From the NCBI GenBank assembly GCA_964577175.1, contig CAZNYC010000001.1:14851-78850 (forward strand): a DNA stretch of 64,000 bases, written 5' to 3'. The first letter of the stretch is position 1. Every line of letters begins with the position of its first letter. Of the stretch, positions 48,354-58,553 are shown in pieces. The position numbers were made by a program, and so were the translations under genes. The DNA comes from an uncultured Anaerolineales bacterium (GTDB lineage: Bacteria; Planctomycetota; Phycisphaerae; FEN-1346). The notes beneath the pieces are model-generated. The model saw only the letters and a program-made list of their open reading frames with translations. It did not search any database and was not told where the DNA came from.

Positions 48354-48409
48354 GGGCTCTCCTCCCAAAACGGTGGGAGGGCGTGGCGCTTTCTCCTGCG
48401 CGGGCCCCA
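48354..48409 (+). repeat. REP-like element X copy 2
   Basis: Near-identical to 36742-36796. Confidence 0.6.
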
Positions 48410-48482
48410 ATCCAGGCAAGAGGTTAGCCCTGCAACGCTAACTCGTGCGCGGCGGGTCGGCGCCTGTCCCGAGCGGAGCCGA

Positions 48483-48548
48483 GGAACTCCCGCCGCGCAG
48501 CCCTGGAAAGGGCGTTTCGAGCGCGGTGGGTGTGGAGACCCACCGCGC
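48483..48548 (+). repeat. REP-like element Y copy B
   Basis: Contains the perfect 10-bp hairpin gcgcggtggg-tgtggaga-cccaccgcgc. Inverted partner at 44446-44515. Confidence 0.6.
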
Positions 48549-48618
48549 AAAGGGCCGACGTAGCGTTGTCGTGTCAGGAGGAGCGGCGAAGTTTACCCAA
48601 CGCAGGCGGAATCTCAGA

Positions 48619-49776
48619 ATGACCAGCGCCAGCGAGGAAGCGCACCCCATGCAAGACGCCGACCCGTCGGAGAAATCCAACCGAAGCGCCTCGGACGCCG
48701 ACCGGACGGGGCGCGGCGCGACCATCGTCCCCGTCCTGATGGCGGGCGGGTTCGGCACACGCCTCTGGCCACTCAGCACGCCGGACCGGCCAAAGCAGTT
48801 CCTCACGGAATTCGAGGGCCGGTCGCTCTTCCAGCAGACCCTGGCGCGGGCGGTGCGGCTGGCCCCGGCCGAGCGCGTCCTCGTCATGACGAGCGCATCG
48901 CTCGCGCCGCAGGCGCGCAAGCAGGCGTCCGATGTGCCGGCGGAGAACGTCATCCTCGAACCCCTGCGGCGCGACACCGGCCCGGCCGTCATCCTTGCGG
49001 CGCTCGTCGTCGGCCGGCGATGGCCGGACGCCGTCATGGCCGTCTTCCCCTCCGATCACTTCATCGGCGACGAGGCGGCGTTCGTCGAGACGCTGGCCTC
49101 GACGGCGGCGCGGGCCATGGAGGGGGGGCTCGGGACGGTCGGCATCGCGCCCACCTCGCCCGCCACGGGGTACGGCTACCTCCGCCTGAGCCGGGGCGCC
49201 GAGCCGCTCGTAGCGCAACCCGTCGAGGCGTTCGTCGAAAAACCGGACCGCGAGCGGGCCGAGGCGTACGTGGCCGACGGCCGGCACCTGTGGAACAGCG
49301 GCATCTTCATCTGGCGGCCGGCGGCCCTGCTCGAGGCCGCCCGGCAGCACCTGCCCGGTACCGTGGCGGCTCTCGAAGGCGTCGCGGACCATGTGGAGCG
49401 CGAGACGTTCGCGGCCGAGGCCCGCGCGGCGTTCGAGCGCATCGAGGCCGACTCCATCGATTACGCCGTCATGGAGAAGGCCGAAGACGTGTGGTGCGTG
49501 CCGGCCGCGTTCGACTGGGATGACGTGGGCGGCTGGGAGGCCGCCGCCCGGCTCCTGCCCGCCGACGACGCCGGCAACCGGGTGCAGGGCCGGGTGGTCC
49601 TCGACGGGGCCGACGGGTGCATCGTCCTCGGCGAAGGGGGCCGGCCCGTGGCGGTGGCGGGGATGCAGGACTGCATCATCGTCCAGGGGCCGGCGGGGAC
49701 GCTGGTGTGCCCGAAGTCGGCGGCGGACCGCATCAAGCCGCTCGTGCAGCGGATCCTGGACGGGGAACAACCGTAG
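48619..49776 (+). CDS. manC: Mannose-1-phosphate guanylyltransferase (GDP-mannose pyrophosphorylase)
   Basis: Nucleotidyltransferase motif VPVLMAGGFGTRLWPLS. ManC-family C-terminus. The alternative ATG at 48649 is also possible. Confidence 0.75.
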   Translation: MTSASEEAHPMQDADPSEKSNRSASDADRTGRGATIVPVLMAGGFGTRLWPLSTPDRPKQFLTEFEGRSLFQQTLARAVRLAPAERVLVMTSASLAPQARKQASDVPAENVILEPLRRDTGPAVILAALVVGRRWPDAVMAVFPSDHFIGDEAAFVETLASTAARAMEGGLGTVGIAPTSPATGYGYLRLSRGAEPLVAQPVEAFVEKPDRERAEAYVADGRHLWNSGIFIWRPAALLEAARQHLPGTVAALEGVADHVERETFAAEARAAFERIEADSIDYAVMEKAEDVWCVPAAFDWDDVGGWEAAARLLPADDAGNRVQGRVVLDGADGCIVLGEGGRPVAVAGMQDCIIVQGPAGTLVCPKSAADRIKPLVQRILDGEQP

Positions 49777-49801
49777 CCTGCGGGTGCCGCGCATACGAAA
49801 G

Positions 49802-49841
49802 GCGCGGCGGGTCTCCGTACCCGCCGCGCCTCATTCTTCTG
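49802..49841 (+). terminator. Rho-independent terminator downstream of manC
   Basis: Perfect 11-bp GC stem (gcgcggcgggt / acccgccgcgc) with the 6-nt loop ctccgt, followed by ctcattcttctg. The core resembles REP element Y. Confidence 0.5.
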
Positions 49842-50119
49842 CCACGCTGCCGTCCTGCGCCTATGCCTCGGGGGCCGGTTCGGGTGCCGGCGCCGCCGCG
49901 GCCTCCACCTTCGGAGGGCGCGGTTCAGGCGAAGCGTACCGATAAACATTACGAAGGAAAGAATATCCGACAGGATGGGGTAAGCGATGACGGCACTCGT
50001 CGGCGCGCTCTTCCAGACGCCGAGTCCGCCCTCGCCATGGCAGCATAGGCCCAAGACAATCGGTCAAGAAGGTCTCTTGCCTTCGCTCGACCCGGCGCAC
50101 CGAACGGCGTGAGGGGCCG

Positions 50120-51409
50120 TCAAGCCAAGGGGGGCGCCTCCTCGTGATGCGGGGCTCGGAGTGCAACCGTGAGGAGCGCGGCCAGGACCAGGAGGGCGGC
50201 CGATGTATAGTACGCGAAGTCAAAGCTCCCCTTCCACGCTTCGACGATGCGGCCATCGTAGACCCAGCCGGCGAACTTGGCCAGCATGAAACCGCCGACA
50301 CCCCACGCCGTAAACACCAGACCGTAGTTCACGCCGAAATTCACCAGGCCGTAGAAGTCCTTTGTGATCGACGGGAAGAGCGCCAGGTTCGACCCGTAGG
50401 CGGCGCCGACGATAGCCGCCATCAGCGCCAAGGCGGCGGCGGTCCCGAGCGCCGTGTCGGGCCTGGCCTGCGACAGACTAAACACCATGATGGCCTGGAG
50501 CACGAAGAAGAGGATGAGCGTAGCCTTTCGGCCAAGTTTGTCGGAAAGGATGCCCGCGATGATCCGCCCTGCCCCGTTGCCAATCGCCAAGGCGACGACG
50601 GCGATGACGCCTGCCTCGGCCCTTCCAAGTTTCTTGGCCACCGAGATAACCATCAGACCAGCACCCGCGCCGCACGCATAGAGGAACCAGATGAGGTAGA
50701 ACTGCCACGTCTTGAGCATCTCGCCCGGCGTAAAGTTCTCCTTTTTCACCGGCCCGCCGTTCGCCTTCGGGGCCGGGGGCGTGCCCGCCGGCACGTACCC
50801 CGCGGGGGGCGGCTTCAACAACTGGGCCAGCCCCACCACAATCACCAGGAAGCCAATCCCCAGGATCATGACCATGCCCGAAAGGCCCACCTGCCCGATC
50901 AACCACATCGCCAGCGGAGCCACGTACACGCTCGCCAGGCCGAAGCCCGACACAACCAACCCGGCAATCAAGCCGGTCTTGGCAGCCGAGAACCACTTGA
51001 CGGCGGGTGGCGTGGCCGAGGCATAGCCGAACCCGATACCGGCACCCGCCAAAACGCCAAAGCCAACGATGAATCCCAGCAACGCGTACTCGACCAGGTA
51101 CAGGCCACACAGCGCCGCCAGGATCATGCCGATGCCCACGAGGATCCCGCCAAGCGTCGCCACCAGTCGAGGACTTAAACGGTCCTGCATCCGTCCGGCC
51201 GGCACCATGATCAGGCAAAACACGAGGCATGCGATGGAGTAGGGCCACGCCTTGTCGCTCTGGTCCCAGCCCCATGCCTCCGGCACACCGCCCGCGATGA
51301 TGCTCCAGGAATACAGGACTCCCAGGGCCAGGTTGATGCCCATGCCGGCAAAGGTCACACGCCAACCGTGGTTCTCGACGTGCTGCGTCACCTGCAAGTC
51401 CTCCGTCAT
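50120..51409 (-). CDS. MFS transporter, oxalate/formate antiporter (OFA) family
   Basis: 429 aa, 12 predicted TM, typical OFA-family sequence (GINLALGVLYSWS...). Confidence 0.75.
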   Translation of the reverse strand: MTEDLQVTQHVENHGWRVTFAGMGINLALGVLYSWSIIAGGVPEAWGWDQSDKAWPYSIACLVFCLIMVPAGRMQDRLSPRLVATLGGILVGIGMILAALCGLYLVEYALLGFIVGFGVLAGAGIGFGYASATPPAVKWFSAAKTGLIAGLVVSGFGLASVYVAPLAMWLIGQVGLSGMVMILGIGFLVIVVGLAQLLKPPPAGYVPAGTPPAPKANGGPVKKENFTPGEMLKTWQFYLIWFLYACGAGAGLMVISVAKKLGRAEAGVIAVVALAIGNGAGRIIAGILSDKLGRKATLILFFVLQAIMVFSLSQARPDTALGTAAALALMAAIVGAAYGSNLALFPSITKDFYGLVNFGVNYGLVFTAWGVGGFMLAKFAGWVYDGRIVEAWKGSFDFAYYTSAALLVLAALLTVALRAPHHEEAPPLA

Positions 51410-51435
51410 CCCGTGCTCCGATCCATGGCTTGTCC

Positions 51436-51474
51436 TTCTGAAAGAAGCGCGGCGGCCGCGCCCGACCGCCGCGC
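51436..51474 (-). terminator. Rho-independent terminator downstream of acs (minus strand)
   Basis: On the minus strand the GC hairpin gcgcggcgg...ccgccgcgc is followed by TTCTTTCTG, immediately 3' of the acs stop at 51514. Confidence 0.45.
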
Positions 51475-51513
51475 CTGTCTATCCTCTCGGCCAGCCGTGA
51501 TGTTTGGCTGATG

Positions 51514-53499
51514 CTACTGCTGCCTTCCCTCGATGAGGGTATCCACGATGGTGGGATCCGCCAGCGTACTCGTATCGCCCAGGGTGCCCTTGTCGGTGAC
51601 GCCCTCGGCGATCTTGCGGAGGATCCGCCGCATGATCTTGCCGGAGCGCGTCTTCGGCAGCGCCGGGGCGAACTGGAGCCGGTCGGGCGTCGCGATCGGG
51701 CCGATCTCCTTCCGCACGTGCTTCACGAGTTCGTCTCGCAACTCGTCGGACGGCTCCACGCTCTCGACCAGCGTCACGAAGGCGTAGAGGCCCTGCCCCT
51801 TGATGTCGTGCGGCATGGGGGCGACGGCGGCCTCGGCCACCTTGTCGTGGCTCACCAGGGCGCTCTCGACCTCGGCCGTTCCGATCCGGTGACCGGACAC
51901 GTTCACGACGTCGTCGATGCGGCCCATGAGCCAGTAGTCGCCGTCCTCGTCGATGCGGCAGCCGTCGCCGGTGAAGTACAGATCATTATACATGTTGAAG
52001 TAGACGTCGATGAAGCGGTCGTGGTCGCCCCAGGTGGTCCGCATCATGGAAGGCCAGGGCTTCTTGATGCACAGTTTGCCGCCCTCGTTCACGTCGCACT
52101 CGGTGCCGTCGTCGCGCAGGACGATGGGCTCGACGCCGAAGAACGGCCGGTTGGCGCTGCCGGGCTTCAGGGTATGGGCACCGGGGAGCGGCGTGATGAG
52201 GATGCCGCCCGTCTCCGTCTGCCACCAGGTATCGACGATGGGCCGCTGGCCCTTGCCCACCTTCTCGTAGTACCACATCCACGCCTCGGGGTTGATGGGT
52301 TCGCCCACGGAGCCGAGGACGCGGAGGCTCGACATGTCGTACTTGGCCGGCCACTGGTCGCCCTGGCGGATGAGGGCACGGATCGCCGTCGGCGCCGTGT
52401 AGAACTGGGTGACCTTGAACTTGTCGATCATCTGCCAGTACCGGCCGGCGTCCGGGTAGAGGGGCGTGGACTCGAACATGACGCTCGTGGCCCCGTTGGC
52501 CAGCGGGCCGTACACGATGTAACTGTGGCCGGTAACCCACCCGATGTCCGCCGCACAGCAATAGACGTCCTCTTCCTTGACGTCAAAGATGAGTTTATGC
52601 GTCATCGCCGTGTACAGCAGGTACCCGCCGGTCGTATGGACGACGCCCTTCGGCTTGCCGGTGGACCCGGAGGTATAGAGGATGTAGAGGGTGTCCTCGG
52701 CATTCATCGCCTCGGCTTCGCAGTCGGCGGAGGCGTCGGCCATGACGGCGTCGTAGGCGAGGTCGCGGCCGTCCTGCATCGGGGCGTCTTCGTCGGTCCG
52801 ACCGACCACGATCACCTTTTCGATCGAGGGCGTCTGCTCGAGCGCCTCGTCGGCTATTTTTTTCAGTGGGATGCTCTTCCCCGCACGGCGCGACACGTTC
52901 GCCGTGATCAGGACCTTGCAGTCGGAGTCGTTGATGCGGTCGCGCAGGGCATCGGCGCTGAAGCCGCCGAACACCACCGAGTGGATGGCACCGATCCGCG
53001 TGCAGGCCAGCATGACGACCGGCAGTTCCGGAACCATGCCCAGGTACACGCACACGCGGTCGCCCTTCTCCACGCCGAGCGACTTCAGGACGTTGGCGAA
53101 CTTGCAGACCTCTTCGTGGAGTTCCTTGTACGTGATGGTCTTGTCTTCGTCGGGCTCGTCGCCCTGCCAGATGAGGGCGGCCTTGTTCTCGCGCTCCGTC
53201 CCCAGATGCCGGTCCAGACAGTTGTACGACACGTTCAGTTCGCCGTCGGCGAACCACGTATGGGAGACGTTGCGGCCTTCGGTGTCCCACGTGTACTGGC
53301 GGGCCTTGGTCGGCTTCTTAAACCAGTCGAGCATCTCGGCCTGTTCGAGCCAGAAGGCGTCCGGGTCGTTGATCGACCGGTCGTACATCTCCTGGTACTC
53401 GTCAAAGGACCCGATGTACGCCTTCTCCGCGATGTCGGCCGGCGGCGGGAACGTCCGCTTCTCCGACATGAACGATTCCATCCCTTTGTCTTGAGCCAT
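51514..53499 (-). CDS. acs: Acetyl-CoA synthetase (AMP-forming)
   Basis: 661 aa. Canonical Acs N-terminus ([34 protein letters not shown]) and AMP-binding motifs ([11 protein letters not shown]). ATG at 53499 with AAAGGAG upstream; the ATG 10 codons downstream (MSEK) is also possible. Confidence 0.85.
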   Translation of the reverse strand: MAQDKGMESFMSEKRTFPPPADIAEKAYIGSFDEYQEMYDRSINDPDAFWLEQAEMLDWFKKPTKARQYTWDTEGRNVSHTWFADGELNVSYNCLDRHLGTERENKAALIWQGDEPDEDKTITYKELHEEVCKFANVLKSLGVEKGDRVCVYLGMVPELPVVMLACTRIGAIHSVVFGGFSADALRDRINDSDCKVLITANVSRRAGKSIPLKKIADEALEQTPSIEKVIVVGRTDEDAPMQDGRDLAYDAVMADASADCEAEAMNAEDTLYILYTSGSTGKPKGVVHTTGGYLLYTAMTHKLIFDVKEEDVYCCAADIGWVTGHSYIVYGPLANGATSVMFESTPLYPDAGRYWQMIDKFKVTQFYTAPTAIRALIRQGDQWPAKYDMSSLRVLGSVGEPINPEAWMWYYEKVGKGQRPIVDTWWQTETGGILITPLPGAHTLKPGSANRPFFGVEPIVLRDDGTECDVNEGGKLCIKKPWPSMMRTTWGDHDRFIDVYFNMYNDLYFTGDGCRIDEDGDYWLMGRIDDVVNVSGHRIGTAEVESALVSHDKVAEAAVAPMPHDIKGQGLYAFVTLVESVEPSDELRDELVKHVRKEIGPIATPDRLQFAPALPKTRSGKIMRRILRKIAEGVTDKGTLGDTSTLADPTIVDTLIEGRQQ

Positions 53500-53635
53500 C
53501 GCCTGCCCGCTCCTTTCTGGGTTCGCTTCGGTTCGTCCGTCTACGGGTTACACGCTCACCATCCGCATGGCGCAGTGGCACCACGCGACATCAGCATGGG
53601 GCTGGGTATTCTGGTCGGTGCCGGGAAGGGTGTCA

Positions 53636-53668
53636 AACAAAAAACCCGCCGGCGCCGGGCGGCGCGCG
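53636..53668 (-). terminator. Rho-independent terminator after the kinase-isochorismatase pair (minus strand); overlaps a candidate acs promoter -35 (TTGACA at 53636-53631)
   Basis: On the minus strand a GC-rich palindrome (cgcccggcgccggcggg) is followed by TTTTTTGTTTGACA. Downstream, TTGACA-N17-CAGAAT precedes acs. Confidence 0.4.
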
Positions 53669-53795
53669 AATGTCATCTCGACCGAGCCTCCGCCCTCGCG
53701 CCCCCGAGGCCGGAGCGAGCGGAGACATCTCGCCGGTGGGCTGAACGACGAGAGGTCTCCGCTCGGCCGAAACGACACGTCAACGTTCGGCCGTC

Positions 53796-54332
53796 CTACT
53801 TCACTATCTCCAGAATCTCCTTGAACGCCGGCCCCTCAGCCGCCCCGAGCATCTCGAAGAGGGCGGTCTCGACGCTCGTGACCTCGGCCCCCGCGGCCCG
53901 CATCTTCTCGAGGCCCACCTCCCGGTTCCGCGGCGAGCGGGACGAGACGCCGTCGGCGACCATGTGCACGTCGTACCCCCGGGCCAGCAGGTCGCGCGCG
54001 GTCTGGTAGACGCAGATATGCGTCTCGATGCCGCAGAGCAGCACCTGCCGCCGGCCCGTCGCCTCCAGGGCCTCGACCACCGCCGGCTCGCCACAGCAAC
54101 TGAACGCCATCTTCGGAATCGGTTCCGTCGGCAGGTGCGGACGGACCTCCTCCACCGTCGGCCCGAGGCCCTTCGGGTTCTGCTCCGTCGCGAGGACGGG
54201 CACCTCCAGCACCGTGGCGCCGCGGACCAGCCGCGACAGGTTGTCGAACAGGGCCTCCGCCTCGTGCATCAGGCGCGCCAGTTTCCCCTGCACGTCGACG
54301 ACCATCAGGACGGCCTCGTCGCGGATCAGCAT
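53796..54332 (-). CDS. Isochorismatase-family cysteine hydrolase (nicotinamidase/PncA-like)
   Basis: 178 aa with VVDVQ (Asp), a conserved Lys, and catalytic Cys in LLCGIETHICV. Confidence 0.7.
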   Translation of the reverse strand: MLIRDEAVLMVVDVQGKLARLMHEAEALFDNLSRLVRGATVLEVPVLATEQNPKGLGPTVEEVRPHLPTEPIPKMAFSCCGEPAVVEALEATGRRQVLLCGIETHICVYQTARDLLARGYDVHMVADGVSSRSPRNREVGLEKMRAAGAEVTSVETALFEMLGAAEGPAFKEILEIVK

Positions 54333-54333
54333 G

Positions 54334-55011
54334 TCAGGCGCCTCCTTTGCGGCGCTCCAGTCCCGTGCGCATCGCCTCGGCGGTGGTGTCGGCGGTCACG
54401 TCCAGCGGAATCACGTCGACGCCCCGCTCGCGGTAGTACGCCAGGAGCGGCGCGGTCTGCTCGCGGAAGACCGCCAGTTTGCGGCGGAGGCGGTCCGGGG
54501 CGTCGTCGTCCCGCCCGCCGCGGTCGCCGCCCGTGTCGCGCCGGACCCGGGCAAGGACCGTCTCTTCGGAACACGTCAAGTGCACGACCGCCCGCATGGC
54601 GGCCAGCCGTCCCATCCGCTCGGCCTGGCCCACGTGGCGGGGCAGACCGTTCAGGACGACGAGCGTCCTCCCCTTCCGCAGCCGTGCCGCAACGAACCCG
54701 CGGAACAGGCGTTCGGCGAGCGGAAAGTGCTCGTCGGCGAGCAGGGCGTCCGTCTCGATCATGCGGCGGACGAGGGCCCGGTCCTCGTCCGATACGTCCG
54801 CCCCGCCCTCGCCGCGGACGCAGGCCCGCAGGGTCCGGCCGAAGTCGAAATGGGCGCACGGCCGGCCCCACAGGCCGCCGGCCGCGAGCGCATCGCCGAG
54901 CGGCGTCTTGCCGGCCCCCGTCGGCCCGACGAGAAGGACGGCGTCCGGGCGGTCGGCGGCGCCGTGTTGTTCGTCTGCGGGTGGCGTCATGCGGCGATGC
55001 ATTATCGGCAT
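54334..55011 (-). CDS. P-loop nucleoside/nucleotide kinase (adenylate-kinase-like fold)
   Basis: Walker A LLVGPTGAGKT, an NMP-binding-like VVLNGLPR, and LID-like RRDTGGDRGGRDD. The alternative start at 54990 (MTPPADEQ) is also possible. Confidence 0.55.
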   Translation of the reverse strand: MPIMHRRMTPPADEQHGAADRPDAVLLVGPTGAGKTPLGDALAAGGLWGRPCAHFDFGRTLRACVRGEGGADVSDEDRALVRRMIETDALLADEHFPLAERLFRGFVAARLRKGRTLVVLNGLPRHVGQAERMGRLAAMRAVVHLTCSEETVLARVRRDTGGDRGGRDDDAPDRLRRKLAVFREQTAPLLAYYRERGVDVIPLDVTADTTAEAMRTGLERRKGGA

Positions 55012-55220
55012 CTCAGGGCCCGTCGCAAGCAGGTTCCAGCCATCGCGCTTGCCGATGTTCGAGCCGGCGGCGGAAGCCGCCGGTCATCGTCATCGGCGGT
55101 GGCATGTGCCATGGCGGATAAGATGACCCCCCGCTTCCGCGGCGGGTTCGAACAGCCGAGGCCCGCCCGATTCAAATCCTGCTTGAAATCGCCACCCAAT
55201 CCCGGACAATCGAATAGACG

Positions 55221-56357
55221 ATGGCACAGACACGAGCGGCGTTTCTACACTCGCCCCAGATCGAACGGTACCACTACCCTCCCGACTGCCCGTTCAAGAC
55301 CGAGCGGGCGGGCATGACCCGCGGCATTCTGGACCGCATGGGGCTGCTCTCGGGCCCGGACCGGGCGGAGGTCGGCTTCGAGGCCGCCCCGCGCGAGGTG
55401 CTCGAGCGGTTCCACACCGCCCGCTACCTCGACGCCATGCAGCGCACCGCCGCCGGCGACCTGGACGTGGCCGCACTCGGCATGGGCTTCGGCCAACCGG
55501 AGGTGCCGGTTTTCCGCGAGATGTACGACTACGCCGCCCTCGCCTGCGGGGCCACCCTCCGCGGGGCCGACCTCCTCCTGGACAACGAGGCCGAGGTGGT
55601 CTTCAACCCCTCGGGCGGGTACCATCATGCCGGGCCCGAACTGGCCGCCGGCTTCTGCTACATGAACGACGTGGCCCTCGGGTGCCTGCGGCTCGCCGAC
55701 CGGCTCGACCGCGTCCTGTTCCTCGACGTCGACGTCCATCACGGCGACGGCGTGCAGGATTTCTTCTACGGCCGGGCCGACGTCATGACGATGTCGTTCC
55801 ACGAGACAGGGGACGAACTTTTCCCCGGCACGGGGTATCCGAAGGACGCCGGCACGGGCGACGGGCGGGGCTACAGCGTGAACGTCCCCCTGCCTCCCGG
55901 CACGTACGACGCGGCCTTCCGGCGGGCGTTCGAGGCGGTCGCCCCGCCGCTGGTGGAGGCGTTCGACCCGCAAGCCATCGTCTTCGAGGTGGGGGTGGAC
56001 GGCCTCGCGGGCGATCCCCTGGCGGACCTGGCGCTGACGAACAACCTGTACGCCGACCTCGCGCAGCAGGTCGTGGGCTTCGGCCGGCCGCTTCTTGCGA
56101 CCGGCGGCGGGGGGTACCATCCGGAGAACACCGCGCGGGCGTGGGCCCTGGTGTGGAGCGTCCTCGTCGGCGAGCACAAACACGATACGATGCAGGTGGG
56201 GCTGGGCGGCGTGATGCTCGAATCGACGGACTGGCAGGGCGGCCTGCGGGACCGGAACCTCGTGACCCCCCGCGAGCAGCGCGAGGCCGTGGAGCCCGCC
56301 GTCGACCGCATCATCCAGGAGGTCCGCACCCACGTGTTTCCGCTGCACGGACTTTAA
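55221..56357 (+). CDS. acuC: Histone-deacetylase-family Zn-dependent deacetylase (acetoin utilization AcuC-like protein lysine deacetylase)
   Basis: HDAC motifs SGGYHHA, DVDVHHGDG and FHETGDELFPGTG. Confidence 0.8.
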   Translation: MAQTRAAFLHSPQIERYHYPPDCPFKTERAGMTRGILDRMGLLSGPDRAEVGFEAAPREVLERFHTARYLDAMQRTAAGDLDVAALGMGFGQPEVPVFREMYDYAALACGATLRGADLLLDNEAEVVFNPSGGYHHAGPELAAGFCYMNDVALGCLRLADRLDRVLFLDVDVHHGDGVQDFFYGRADVMTMSFHETGDELFPGTGYPKDAGTGDGRGYSVNVPLPPGTYDAAFRRAFEAVAPPLVEAFDPQAIVFEVGVDGLAGDPLADLALTNNLYADLAQQVVGFGRPLLATGGGGYHPENTARAWALVWSVLVGEHKHDTMQVGLGGVMLESTDWQGGLRDRNLVTPREQREAVEPAVDRIIQEVRTHVFPLHGL

Positions 56358-56360
56358 GCC

Positions 56361-58490
56361 ATGGAAGACCCGCGCGACACCACGAGCATCGACCGGCTGT
56401 TCACCCCCTCGTCGGTGGCGGTGGTGGGCGCCTCGCGCCAGGAGGGCAAGACCGGCCACGAGATTCTCATCAGCCTCATCCGCGGCGGGTTCGAGGGCGA
56501 CATCTACCCCGTCAACCCGAAGGCCGACGAGATCGAGGGCCTGACCTGTTACCACGACCTTTCGGCCATCGAGCCGGCGCCGGACCTCGTCGTCGTCGTC
56601 GTGCCGAAAGGGCACGTCAAGTCCGTCATCGAGCGGGCGGCACGGCGGGGGACGAAGGCGGCCATCATCATCACGGCCGGCTTCAAGGAGTCGGGTGAGG
56701 AAGGCGAGCGGCTGGAGCGCGAGATCGTCCGGACGGCCCGGCGGGCCGGCATGCGCCTCGTCGGCCCGAACTGCCTGGGCATCATGGTGCCTGGACGGAA
56801 ACTGAACGCCTCGTTCGGCGGGGAGTTGCCGGCGGCGGGGGCCATCGGGTACTTCTCGCAATCCGGCTCCCTGCTGGCCTCGATCGTCGACATGGCCCGG
56901 GCCGAGGGCATCGGCTTCAGCAAGTGCATCAGCATCGGCAACAAGGCCGACATCGACGAACTCGACATCCTCCGCTACTTCGGCCGCGACGACGAGACCC
57001 GCGTCATCGCCGGCTACCTGGAGACCATCGCCGACGGCGACGCGTTCGTGCGGGAGGCGGAACGCATCTCGCGCGACAAGCCGATCCTCCTGATGAAGGC
57101 CGGCGAGACGGGCGCCGGCCGCGAGGCCGCCTCCAGCCACACCGGCCGCCTCGCCGGCACGCAGCAGGCGTACGAGGTGGTGTTCGAGCGGTCGGGCATC
57201 CTCCGGTGCGAGTCGATCCTGGCCCAGTTCGATTACGCCCGGGCCCTGGCCGAGGCGCCCCTGCCCGCCGGCCGCAGCGTCGCCGTCATCGCCAATGCGG
57301 GCGGGCCCGGCATCATGGCCGCCGACGCCCTCGAGGACGAAGGCCTCACCCTCGCGCCCCTCAGCGACGAGACGCAGACCGCCCTGGCCGAGCAGGTGCC
57401 CGGGGCGGCGAACGTCGCCAACCCCATCGACGTGCTCGGCGACGCCCTCGCCGCCACGTACGAGGCGGCGCTGCGGCTGGCGTTGGCCGATGAGAACGTC
57501 CACGCGGTGCTGGCCATCCTCTCGCCGCACGCCATGACCGAATGCGACGCCACCGCCGAGGCGATCGTCCGGGCCGCCCGCCAGAACGGCGAGAAGCCCG
57601 TCGTGGCGTGCTTCCTGGGCGCCGGCCGGGTGAAGCAGGCCGTCCGGACGCTGCGCGAGGGCGGCATCCCGCAGTACCCGTCGCCGGAAAGCGCCGTGCG
57701 GGCCCTGCGCGTCATGGCCAAGTACCAGCGATGGAAGAACCGCCCCAAGCGGGTCGTCAAACTCTTCCCGGTCAACCGGCGTAAGGTGGAGCAGATCATC
57801 GGCCGGGCCCTGCGGCGGGGCCAGACCGAGATTCCCGAGACCGACGCCAGCGATATCCTGGAGGCGTACGGCTTCGTGACGCCGCGCGGCCAGGTGGCCA
57901 CCAGCGCCGAACAGGCCGCCAACCTCGCCGACCAGATCGGCTACCCCGTGGTCCTGAAGATCTGGTCGCCGGACATCCTCCACAAGACGGAGGTGGACGG
58001 CGTGAAGGCGGGCCTGGCGGGCCGGCAGGAGGTCATGGACGCCTTCGACCTCATGATGTACCGCATCCCGAAGAAGCGGCCGGAGGCCGACATCCTGGGG
58101 TGCCTCGTGCAGGAAACCGTCTCGGGCGGCACGGAGGTGTACCTGGGGATGCAGCGGGACCCGCGGTTCGGCCCGCTCATGATGTTCGGCATGGGCGGCA
58201 TCATGGTGGAGTTGCTGAAGGACGTGGCGTTCCACCTGGCGCCGCTGACGGCCGAGGAGGCCCGCGAGATGCTCGCCTCCACGCGCACGTACCAGTTGCT
58301 GGGCGGCGGCGAGAAGGGCGAGCGCCCGCGCGTCGACCTCGACGCCCTGGCCGAGGGGCTCCAACGCCTCAGCCAACTGGTGACGGAGTTCCCGCAGATT
58401 CAGGAGATGGACATCAATCCGTACGTGGTGGGGCCGGAGGGCACCAAGCCCGTCGCCGTCGACGCCCGCATCACCGTGGCCGAGGCGTAG
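56361..58490 (+). CDS. NDP-forming acyl-CoA synthetase-like protein (ACD; CoA-binding + CoA-ligase + ATP-grasp; Pat N-terminal-domain-like)
   Basis: 709 aa. CoA-binding N-terminus (VAVVGASRQEGKTGH). SucD-like domain. ATP-grasp C-terminus (GYPVVLKIWSPDILHKTEVDGV). Starts 4 nt after the acuC stop. Confidence 0.75.
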   Translation: MEDPRDTTSIDRLFTPSSVAVVGASRQEGKTGHEILISLIRGGFEGDIYPVNPKADEIEGLTCYHDLSAIEPAPDLVVVVVPKGHVKSVIERAARRGTKAAIIITAGFKESGEEGERLEREIVRTARRAGMRLVGPNCLGIMVPGRKLNASFGGELPAAGAIGYFSQSGSLLASIVDMARAEGIGFSKCISIGNKADIDELDILRYFGRDDETRVIAGYLETIADGDAFVREAERISRDKPILLMKAGETGAGREAASSHTGRLAGTQQAYEVVFERSGILRCESILAQFDYARALAEAPLPAGRSVAVIANAGGPGIMAADALEDEGLTLAPLSDETQTALAEQVPGAANVANPIDVLGDALAATYEAALRLALADENVHAVLAILSPHAMTECDATAEAIVRAARQNGEKPVVACFLGAGRVKQAVRTLREGGIPQYPSPESAVRALRVMAKYQRWKNRPKRVVKLFPVNRRKVEQIIGRALRRGQTEIPETDASDILEAYGFVTPRGQVATSAEQAANLADQIGYPVVLKIWSPDILHKTEVDGVKAGLAGRQEVMDAFDLMMYRIPKKRPEADILGCLVQETVSGGTEVYLGMQRDPRFGPLMMFGMGGIMVELLKDVAFHLAPLTAEEAREMLASTRTYQLLGGGEKGERPRVDLDALAEGLQRLSQLVTEFPQIQEMDINPYVVGPEGTKPVAVDARITVAEA

Positions 58491-58553
58491 GGCACCGGCG
58501 CCACATTGAGCCGCCGGGCTTGCCCGGCGCGTGCCGTAAGCAAGGGACTTCCC

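Noticed and set aside
51511-54009. 832-aa plus-strand ORF opposite acs
   Set aside because: Antisense artefact; acs on the minus strand is unambiguous.
58511-58529. Short GC hairpin (gccgggc-tt-gcccggc) after the ACD gene as a terminator
   Set aside because: The loop is too short and there is no U-tract. The downstream gene starts 25 nt later and is probably co-transcribed.
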